DNA of 40,885 nucleotides. Origin: Thermoplasmatota archaeon (lineage in GTDB: Archaea; Thermoplasmatota; Penumbrarchaeia; Penumbrarchaeales; Penumbrarchaeaceae). Below, piece by piece: positions 33,700-40,885 of this stretch. Both the position numbers and the translations under genes were made by a program. The DNA lies in contig CBDDUX010000028.1 of assembly GCA_965234725.1 (NCBI GenBank), positions 1 to 40,885 on the forward strand, given 5' to 3'. Within the stretch, counting starts at the first letter, position 1, and each line of letters starts with the position of its first letter. The notes beneath the pieces are model-generated. The model had not been told where the DNA came from, made no database searches, and saw nothing but the letters and a program-made list of their open reading frames with translations.

Positions 33700-36395
33700 A
33701 CCCCATCCTCCTCTTCTTCTCTTCTTTTAAAGATCGATATTGTAGTCTGAACGACCTCGATAAACACGAGAATGATCATGAGCAATAGCAGGATCACAAC
33801 CACGACGATACCTGTTACTATCGGAAGGTCGTTTCCTTCTTCTTTACCAGTTTCGTTGGTTTCGTTTTCATAAACCGTCTGATAGGTCTGGATGAAATTC
33901 TGAGTGAAATTAACCGTGGGAACAACCAACACGGTCAGATCCCTTCTTTCCCTGTTTCCATAAATATCATCCACTGTCAAGGTCAGGATATACTCTCCCG
34001 AAAGGGAGTAGTTATGATAGACCGATCCACCAAATGCGGAAAATCCATCACCGAATGACCAGTTCATGTATCCTATCCCTGACTGGTCCAGGATCTCTGT
34101 TATAAGGAATCGATAGGTCACATTTACAACAAGCAGTAGATCAGGGTTTGATCGATCCTGGAAGATCAAAGGGGTTTCGATCTTCGAAAGATAGGTTTCA
34201 GTCCAGTTCGCCGGAGCTGGATCGATCATCATTTCCAGGGTTGGGGATTCCAGATCCCGAACAGGGATCTTGATGGTGGTGGAGTTCCAGTTCCCCTCAC
34301 CATCCATGATGTCAATTGTGAAATGATATACTCCCGCTGCCGGTGGTTCAAATGCAAGTTCGGTCATTCCGAACTCCAATTTACCGGAAGGAAGCTTCCA
34401 AGTGATGTTTTCTATACCCACGTTGTCACTGGACCTGGAAATGTTGATGGTCATTACCCCACCAAGGAGGATATCGGCCGGATAATCGGCAATTATCTCA
34501 GGTGGTGTTCTGTCCCTGACCTTAACATTAATGATGTCAGAATTGGACCTACCGGAAGGATCTGTTCCAACCAATATAACCTGAAATTCCCCAGGTTCCG
34601 GATAGTTAAAAACGGCAGTGGGACCTATTGCAATTGATCCGTCATGGAAGGTCCACAATAGATCCAAGTAACCGGAATCGTCAAAAGAACCTCTCCCGTC
34701 AAAAAGGACATCTGAATCTTCCCAAACGGCGATATCTCCCCCTCCGACGATAATTGGATCCTCCATGTCGGGAATTGATATCTCTGTCTCCATACTATCC
34801 GTGAAACCTCTATTGTTGATCACCGTGAGGATTATCCTGTATTCGCCTGGTTTTCCATAAGCATGATTGATAATCGGGCCGGAATGGAAATAATAGGATC
34901 CATCACCCATATCCCATGTATAGCTCACAATATTCTCCAAGTCCCAGCTGATCGTAGCATTGAAAAAGAGATCGGATCCCACTTCAGGGATCCCTTCAAC
35001 CTCGAAATCTGCAAAGGGTCCAATGAGAACGTTCTTTTCCATGATAACCTTCATACCCTTATCGTCTATGACGGTAAGGACCGGATCATATGATCCTCCT
35101 TTTTCATAGACATGAACAGGTTCCAATTCCTCCGATGAGGAACCATCTCCAAGGTCCCAGTTCATGGAGCTTATTATACCGTCAACATCGTACGCTCTTA
35201 TGGGTCCGAGATCTATAGGGGAACCTTTCATACCTTTTCTGTTCTGACCCACATTGATATACGGTGGCAGGTTGGAGATCCCTTCTTTCTGTACCCTTTT
35301 CAGATATTTCATGACCTGAGGGTCCTCATTTCCCAACCTCCAGAGGCTTATCCTTGAGATGCCGTATTCCTTGACAAGTAGAAGCTCATGGAGAAGGCTT
35401 TCTGCATCGTTATAATCTATTTCATGAAGTATCCCTGATGGGTCTGAATATCGAAGAAAGGGTGTTCTGGAAGTGCCGTTCCATTCCCTTTCGATCCCTG
35501 GATCAGCCAGCAATCCATCAATGTCACGGAAGGACCTGTTATCAGCTATTGAGAGGGCTTTTCCCTTCCGGTCAACTATCCAGTCGTACCCGAAAAGGGG
35601 TATACCCAGCGAGACCTTGTGTGGGGGGATTGCAGATACGGAATAATCCACAACGGTTCTCAACCAATCAAAAGCAGTTATGGGTCCCGCTCTTGGGGCA
35701 GAGGACCAATGAAGATTGTAGGCCATCACCCTAACGGAATCAGCAGTCTCTCCCAATCTTCTATAATCGTATGCACCGGGCCCTTCCCTTTCCTCATCAT
35801 CTGAGACCTTTGGAAATACCGATACATAGACCATCTTGTTTTCCTGGTGGAACCTTTCGGTCAATTCGGAAATGAAATCGGTAAAACCGTCCTTGAGAAG
35901 TGTTGGTATGTTCTCATAATTGATATCCACTCCCTTGAATCCATTACTCAGAACAATGTCGATCAACTCATCGATGTGATGTGACCGCACATCAGTATCG
36001 TTTATGATCGCAGTAATGACTTCAGGATCGTGGTTGTTAGAGATCATTGGAATGATCTTGACCCCATTGGTCCTGCAGTGCTCAATGAAAAGAGGGTTCT
36101 CGGTATCGTTATGAGATGAAACGACCGTTCCATTCTCCAATGCATAATACCAGTAGGGGGATACCTCATCCATTTCTCTTTCCCATTCCTTCAAACTGCA
36201 AAAGGATGAATTGTCCCAGGGAAAGGTCCAACCCGATATCCTCAGGTCATATGATCTCTCAGCAGAAACTAAAGATCTATGTTCAATTACTTGTATGGAA
36301 TTCAATACAGGTTGAAAATTCAATATGAATAGAAATAGGAAAACTGCCCATGTTATGATGGTTGTCGATCTCTTATAGGATAGTGAGGAGTACAT
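33696..36395 (-). CDS. Membrane-anchored GH18 (chitinase-like) hydrolase with PKD repeats
   Basis: GFKGVDINYE, AYDYRRLG..ADSVRVMAYN, KVSLGIPLFGYDW and SLWRLGNED, with WDLGDG/WDMGDG/WSFGDG PKD motifs and a C-terminal TM helix. Confidence 0.9.
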   Translation of the reverse strand: MYSSLSYKRSTTIITWAVFLFLFILNFQPVLNSIQVIEHRSLVSAERSYDLRISGWTFPWDNSSFCSLKEWEREMDEVSPYWYYALENGTVVSSHNDTENPLFIEHCRTNGVKIIPMISNNHDPEVITAIINDTDVRSHHIDELIDIVLSNGFKGVDINYENIPTLLKDGFTDFISELTERFHQENKMVYVSVFPKVSDDEEREGPGAYDYRRLGETADSVRVMAYNLHWSSAPRAGPITAFDWLRTVVDYSVSAIPPHKVSLGIPLFGYDWIVDRKGKALSIADNRSFRDIDGLLADPGIEREWNGTSRTPFLRYSDPSGILHEIDYNDAESLLHELLLVKEYGISRISLWRLGNEDPQVMKYLKRVQKEGISNLPPYINVGQNRKGMKGSPIDLGPIRAYDVDGIISSMNWDLGDGSSSEELEPVHVYEKGGSYDPVLTVIDDKGMKVIMEKNVLIGPFADFEVEGIPEVGSDLFFNATISWDLENIVSYTWDMGDGSYYFHSGPIINHAYGKPGEYRIILTVINNRGFTDSMETEISIPDMEDPIIVGGGDIAVWEDSDVLFDGRGSFDDSGYLDLLWTFHDGSIAIGPTAVFNYPEPGEFQVILVGTDPSGRSNSDIINVKVRDRTPPEIIADYPADILLGGVMTINISRSSDNVGIENITWKLPSGKLEFGMTELAFEPPAAGVYHFTIDIMDGEGNWNSTTIKIPVRDLESPTLEMMIDPAPANWTETYLSKIETPLIFQDRSNPDLLLVVNVTYRFLITEILDQSGIGYMNWSFGDGFSAFGGSVYHNYSLSGEYILTLTVDDIYGNRERRDLTVLVVPTVNFTQNFIQTYQTVYENETNETGKEEGNDLPIVTGIVVVVILLLLMIILVFIEVVQTTISIFKRREEEEDGV

Positions 36396-36467
36396 TCCAA
36401 TATTATTACCCTGTTCAGGAGTATAAAATGTTGCTATGATATTCTATGAGGTGAAGAATAGGACCAT

Positions 36468-37511
36468 TCAAAACTCCACTTTATCATATTTATTGTCCTT
36501 TGTGACCATTCCCTTATCCATATCCTTCTCCATTTCCTTCAGAGCAAGTATCCTCTTGAATGTAGGTGGATGAGTGGCGAAAAGTCCACCCAGGGAATCC
36601 CATGAGGACCCTTTTGCCTCCTCGGCCATTGCCAGTTCCAGTTCATTCTCATCTATCACACCGTCCCCATCCAGATCATATTTCGCCTTATTGCTCATGA
36701 TCCTGTTCATCTCGTGGTGTGCGTTCTGAACATTTCCGATATAGAACTGTCTTGCAGCGTTCTTAGCCTTTACTTCACTTGGTGCCAATGATAGACCGTA
36801 GGTGATCTTTGTAAGAGCAGAAGCAAGTGAATGGGGATCTTCGGTTATCATACCCGAATAAGCGTCTGCGAAGTATTCCCTGATCCTTGATACTCGTTTG
36901 ATAAGAAGAGAGGATAGGAAATAGACAACAGCCGAGATGGCCGCTATAGCGATTATTGCGATCATGGCCTGCCCGGCATTCTTCCCCCGTCCTGAGAATC
37001 TGGCGACAAGGAACAGGTGCATTCCGTAGTATGCGATCAGGGGCATTACCGATAATATTGTCATGTACATGCAGTCCCTGTTCTTGATATGCCCGAGTTC
37101 ATGACCGATGACCGCCTCTATCTCCTTATCATTGAGCTGTTCCAGTAAGCCCTTATGAACGGATAGGGTGGAACCGCTCTGGGAAAGACCAAAAACGAAT
37201 GCATTGGGTGTGGGATCATCAACGATCCCTAACTTGGGCATTGGAACCTCGGCTCTCTCTGCAAGTCGGGAGACCATTTCCTCCAGGAAAGGGATCTCTC
37301 CCTTTTTCAGATACCGTGTCCTGGTGGACCATTTGACAACGGATGAGGATATTAGTATCTGAATTAATATGATAAAAAGAAAAATGAATGCCAAAACAAT
37401 GACAGGTACTCCCAAAATCAATCCTATAGCTGCAATGAATGCTCCGAAAACAAGGAACATCATCCCTATGAAAAAATATGAATTGATCTTCAGGGTGGTA
37501 ATGGATGCCAT
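36468..37511 (-). CDS. htpX: Zinc metalloprotease HtpX (M48)
   Basis: PNAFVFG, AVIGHELGHIKNRD, SRIREYFAD and FATHPP, plus an EF-hand-like insert DLDGDGVIDENE. Confidence 0.92.
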   Translation of the reverse strand: MASITTLKINSYFFIGMMFLVFGAFIAAIGLILGVPVIVLAFIFLFIILIQILISSSVVKWSTRTRYLKKGEIPFLEEMVSRLAERAEVPMPKLGIVDDPTPNAFVFGLSQSGSTLSVHKGLLEQLNDKEIEAVIGHELGHIKNRDCMYMTILSVMPLIAYYGMHLFLVARFSGRGKNAGQAMIAIIAIAAISAVVYFLSSLLIKRVSRIREYFADAYSGMITEDPHSLASALTKITYGLSLAPSEVKAKNAARQFYIGNVQNAHHEMNRIMSNKAKYDLDGDGVIDENELELAMAEEAKGSSWDSLGGLFATHPPTFKRILALKEMEKDMDKGMVTKDNKYDKVEF

Positions 37512-37550
37512 ATCCTCAGAATCGATAAAGGGCTATATAACTCCTGTTCA

Positions 37551-38372
37551 ATGAACCCTAAGATAAATGAGGGATGGAAAATGGGACTCACACAGGGCAT
37601 CAACTGCAAGAACTGCGGAGCACCACTTTCTCTTAAGGCGGGGGAAGTAGTGATCACATGCGAATTCTGCGGAACAGCTGTGAATATAGCATCCGGCAAG
37701 GACTTCTTCCTGAAACATTCGATTATCCCATCAATGAACGATGAGAAGAAGATAAGGGAGATCGTTAAGAGATGGATGGGGGATGGACCGTTGAAACCTT
37801 CCAATCTTTCTTCCAAATCCAATATCGAAGATGCGGCCCTGGTGTTCCTTCCATTCTATATCGTCCATACAAACGTTACATCCTCTTACAAAGGATATTT
37901 TACAAGGACAGGTGAAAAGGAACCAAGGGATGGTAAGCTCCACAGGGAATATTACTGGAAGATACTGGGAAGGAGAGGGTCCAAGTTCCCCACAAAGGAA
38001 TATGAGATCCCGTTGACAGGAAAAGAGGATTTCAATCTCTCGAACATCCCGGGATATGCCAAATACCTCAATGCTGAATTCGACGAGAAGGATGCGGAAG
38101 ATATTGCAAAGGTAGAGATAATGGACCATCAGAAGTTCCTGATCACTGAACAGGTCAACGAACTGTCCGAAATCTCACATGATTTCGAGATCGAGGACAT
38201 CGAATTCGTTCATGCACCTGTCTGGAGAATTGATTACACCTATGGTAAGAAAGACTATCAGATACTGATAGACAGTTCCTCCGGAGATGTTATCAAGGGA
38301 GATATTCCCCCACCTGATCAGTCTGTGGGCGGTTTCTTTTCAGATGTTAGAAAGGCCTTCTTCGGGAAATGA
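37551..38372 (+). CDS. Zinc-ribbon domain protein
   Basis: CKNCGAPL...CEFCG, LVFLPFY, and HAPVWRIDYTY...ILIDSSSGDVI (PepSY-like end). Start may be ATG 37581. Confidence 0.75.
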   Translation: MNPKINEGWKMGLTQGINCKNCGAPLSLKAGEVVITCEFCGTAVNIASGKDFFLKHSIIPSMNDEKKIREIVKRWMGDGPLKPSNLSSKSNIEDAALVFLPFYIVHTNVTSSYKGYFTRTGEKEPRDGKLHREYYWKILGRRGSKFPTKEYEIPLTGKEDFNLSNIPGYAKYLNAEFDEKDAEDIAKVEIMDHQKFLITEQVNELSEISHDFEIEDIEFVHAPVWRIDYTYGKKDYQILIDSSSGDVIKGDIPPPDQSVGGFFSDVRKAFFGK

Positions 38373-38374
38373 AC

Positions 38375-39535
38375 CTATTCAATCTTTTCACCGCAGCTGG
38401 GGCAGAACTTCGATCCCGGTGCCAGCTCTGTCTTGCATTTACCGCATTCTATGACCTGTTTAGCTCCGCATTCAGGGCAGAACCTTGTTCCCTGAGGGAT
38501 GGATTTGCCACATTTTATGCATTCGATCTCCTCAACAAGTTTGTAGCCGCAGTTGTTGCAGAATTTCTGCCCTTCCTGGTTAAGTGATTGGCATTTGGGA
38601 CATTTCGAACCACCTCCCTTTCCCTGATCCGCTTTCCAGGGATTCTGATCCTGTGGCTGCATTCCAGCTTGAACGGCCTGGGTCATACCAGCTCCCATTC
38701 CAAGACCAGCTCCCAGACCTACACCCATACCTGCAAGGTTACCGCCAGAGGGATTATCTGCAGCTTTTACCATGGCTTCTCCGGCCTGGTACTGCATATA
38801 ATTCACTCCAAGGGCCTGGAGTTCCCCCCTCTTGTCTACCGCTTCCTGGATCTTCTCAGGGAGGTTGAAATTCAAACCTGAAAGTTTCATGATCTCTATA
38901 CCGTAACGCTCTGTATCATCCTTGACCCTGGACAGGAGAAATTGCTCGATCTCCTCCAGGTAGGCAGGAATGTCAACGATCGCAAGGTTCTTGTCCCTCT
39001 TGAGCTCACCAAGGATATCGTTCAAGGACATCACGATCTGGTCCCTGAACCAGTCAACGACCTGGGCTGTTGAGTTCATGTTCCCAGTACCCACGAACTG
39101 GGTGACGAATAAAAGCGGATCTGTGACCTTGTAGGAGAATTGACCGAATACCCTTACCCTCACCATCCCGAAATCCGCGTCACGGAAGGTAATGGGTTCC
39201 TTAGTTCCGAACTTACCCCTGAGCTCCCTTCTCTGGACATAGGTAACTTCACCTATTTGTCTGACACCAGTGAGGTTCTGGAGGATATCCGCCAGACCGA
39301 AGGTCGCCATATTCTGCGTTGTTAAAGCGTACCTTCCAGGTCTCTCAAATACCTTGAGAGCTTTTCCATCCCTCATGAATATGGCCCATTCATCCTCTCT
39401 GACAACAATGTTGTCGTTCCAGACGATGTTCTTTGGAAGTTTCCATAAGAGCTCGTCTCCCTTTTTATCCCATGTATAGGTAGAGCCTCCGGCAAGGCTC
39501 TCCTTCTTGGTCTTATGATCACCAAAGATTCCCAT
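38375..39535 (-). CDS. SPFH (Band 7, YdjI-like) protein with C-terminal double zinc ribbon
   Basis: IVVREDEWAIFMRDGK..PGRYALTTQN, KFGTKEPI.FRD, Gly-rich GMGVGLGAG and six CxxC motifs. Start moved to ATG 39535 after AGGAGG because the longer ORF overlaps the upstream gene. Confidence 0.88.
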   Translation of the reverse strand: MGIFGDHKTKKESLAGGSTYTWDKKGDELLWKLPKNIVWNDNIVVREDEWAIFMRDGKALKVFERPGRYALTTQNMATFGLADILQNLTGVRQIGEVTYVQRRELRGKFGTKEPITFRDADFGMVRVRVFGQFSYKVTDPLLFVTQFVGTGNMNSTAQVVDWFRDQIVMSLNDILGELKRDKNLAIVDIPAYLEEIEQFLLSRVKDDTERYGIEIMKLSGLNFNLPEKIQEAVDKRGELQALGVNYMQYQAGEAMVKAADNPSGGNLAGMGVGLGAGLGMGAGMTQAVQAGMQPQDQNPWKADQGKGGGSKCPKCQSLNQEGQKFCNNCGYKLVEEIECIKCGKSIPQGTRFCPECGAKQVIECGKCKTELAPGSKFCPSCGEKIE

Positions 39536-39549
39536 ATCAATCATCCTCC

Positions 39550-40086
39550 TTACTTCACCTGTGCGATATCTGTAACCCTGGATATCCTTGCACTGAACAC
39601 GGTCTCGAATTCCTTTATCATTTCCTTCAATTCTCTTGCTGTCAATGACCTTCTGGGGTCCTTCAGCATGTATTGGTCCTTCATTGCCTTTGATACGATC
39701 TTGAGCTTTTCTATGTGATGGAAAAGTGATAGGTCGTAATCGTACAGGTCCGTCAGCTGCTTCTCTTCGAACCTTACATCTCCTGATATCCATGGAGCAT
39801 AACCTTGCTCTGCATGGCGGACCTTCTCTGTTAATCTGTGGGAATTGTTCACCAGTTCCCCGATTATCGTAACCTGGTCAAGGTCCATGTTCCTGCTCGC
39901 CTCATCACGACCCTCCTTGATGAGTTCTTCAACTGATCCAAGTTCCTTGGCAAGTTCCCTTCTCAACAGGTCGTCTGCCACCCTGAGGTCCTCGCAGTTC
40001 CTGTACTTCTTGTAACCAGGAAGGAATGCCTGGAACCTCTTGAGGAGACCTCTGTCCTCCTTTACTACTTCCCTTATATCGGCCAT
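39550..40086 (-). CDS. Conserved alpha-helical hypothetical protein, co-transcribed with the SPFH gene
   Basis: LPGYKKY...LRVADDLLR...HAEQGYAP...LYDYD. Its stop codon abuts the SD of the SPFH gene. Confidence 0.7.
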   Translation of the reverse strand: MADIREVVKEDRGLLKRFQAFLPGYKKYRNCEDLRVADDLLRRELAKELGSVEELIKEGRDEASRNMDLDQVTIIGELVNNSHRLTEKVRHAEQGYAPWISGDVRFEEKQLTDLYDYDLSLFHHIEKLKIVSKAMKDQYMLKDPRRSLTARELKEMIKEFETVFSARISRVTDIAQVK

Positions 40087-40134
40087 ATTAAAACCTCTGC
40101 TTCTTCAGGGTATTGGAAAAGGATGTATTAAGTC

Positions 40135-40716
40135 CTACTCTCTTAAGAAAACCGCCAGATAATGATTTTCGGATAAACGTTCCGTCTTTTCCATTGTGAA
40201 ACCTATAGGTTGTAACAGGGAAGCTATCTCCTCTGCAGAGAACCTCTCACTGATATCAGGTCCGATCGAGATCTCCTCCTTCAGAAATTCAACGAGAACT
40301 ATCCTACCTCCTGGTTTTACTACCCTGTTTAAATTGTCAAGAACGGGTTGGATCTCCTCGTTAAAGATGAAACCATGCAAAACATTTGAGAAAATTACAA
40401 GGTCTATGGTTGAATCATCCATGGGAAGTGGTTCGGTCAGGTCCTGGACCCTGGCATCTATATTATGGAAGTTTCCATGTTCCTTTCTCATTTTGAGTAT
40501 GTTTATCCCATCGGTGTAAACATCGTAGGAGTGGACCTTTCCCTCATCACCCACCATTCTTGATGCTATCATGGAAAGATAACCTGCTCCGCATCCTGCA
40601 TCCAAAACAATATCTCCCTTCTTGATGCCTGACAAACTGAAGACAAGGAGAGGATCATAGGTCCCTTCTGTGGTGAAACCTCCATGACGATGATGATGAT
40701 ATGTTTCTTTTTCCAT
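40135..40716 (-). CDS. Class I SAM-dependent methyltransferase
   Basis: VLDAGCGAG, IDLVIFSNVLH and RVVKPGGRIVLVEF. Confidence 0.9.
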   Translation of the reverse strand: MEKETYHHHRHGGFTTEGTYDPLLVFSLSGIKKGDIVLDAGCGAGYLSMIASRMVGDEGKVHSYDVYTDGINILKMRKEHGNFHNIDARVQDLTEPLPMDDSTIDLVIFSNVLHGFIFNEEIQPVLDNLNRVVKPGGRIVLVEFLKEEISIGPDISERFSAEEIASLLQPIGFTMEKTERLSENHYLAVFLRE

Positions 40717-40780
40717 GGTCCTAAGAGAGCAGAATATGTAATATAACTGGCCCCTGAAAATATTCTGAAATAAAGGAATA

Positions 40781-40787
40781 TTTATAT
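40781..40787 (+). promoter_or_regulatory. TATA box for tRNA-Val
   Basis: TTTATAT preceded by purine-rich AAAGGAA, about 35-40 nt upstream of the tRNA. Confidence 0.55.
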
Positions 40788-40820
40788 CGTAATGTCACTT
40801 CACGCACTTGCAAAGGTCAG

Positions 40821-40885
40821 GGGCCCGTGGTCTAGCTGGTTATGACGTCGCCTTCACACGGCGAAGATCTCCGGTTCAAATCCGG
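40821..40885 (+). tRNA. tRNA-Val (CAC), truncated by the window end
   Basis: GGGCCCG-TG-GTCTAGCTGGTTATGAC-G-TCGCC-TT-CAC-AC-GGCGA-AGATC-TCCGG-TTCAAAT-CCGG... Confidence 0.95.

Noticed and set aside
39536-39793. N-terminal extension of the 472-aa SPFH ORF
   Set aside because: It overlaps 39550-40086 in another frame, and an AGGAGG SD supports a start at 39535 (or 39544).

Overview
Archaeal chromosomal segment, most likely Thermoplasmatota-like. The inference rests on the archaeal HMG-CoA synthase/thiolase/DUF35 cluster, an archaeal Cmk, TATA-box promoters, a tRNA without encoded CCA and PKD-rich membrane-anchored surface proteins. The most striking structure lies downstream of a minus-strand tRNA-Ala(GGC) gene (14340-14413). 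Seven degenerate copies of the tRNA 3' end (core TGGACCGGTCGGG on the + strand), all in the same orientation, fill the four successive intergenic spacers. They come in pairs, three spaced exactly 92 bp (counting the tRNA itself), and five of the seven carry a non-tRNA (GTT)TAGAA(C) motif at a fixed offset. Exactly one cargo gene sits between consecutive pairs: a methyltransferase, an FG-GAP/TSP3 surface protein and a papain-family surface protease, with a transglutaminase-like PKD protein beyond the last pair. No integrase is present in the window. This looks like a polarised, integron-like single-gene cassette array anchored at a tRNA. The rest (14.4-40.9 kb) holds PrsW, Cmk, a coiled-coil KaiC-like protein, a wHTH-Nudix fusion, a mevalonate-entry cluster whose thiolase lacks both expected catalytic cysteines, a CPBP protease, a long-form urocanase, a coupled GH18-GHL10-GT2-TPR operon (candidate archaeal GlcNAc-polymer system), an HtpX/SPFH cluster, a methyltransferase and a truncated tRNA-Val(CAC). 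All family calls come from motif recognition by eye and identities were counted by hand; no searches were run.
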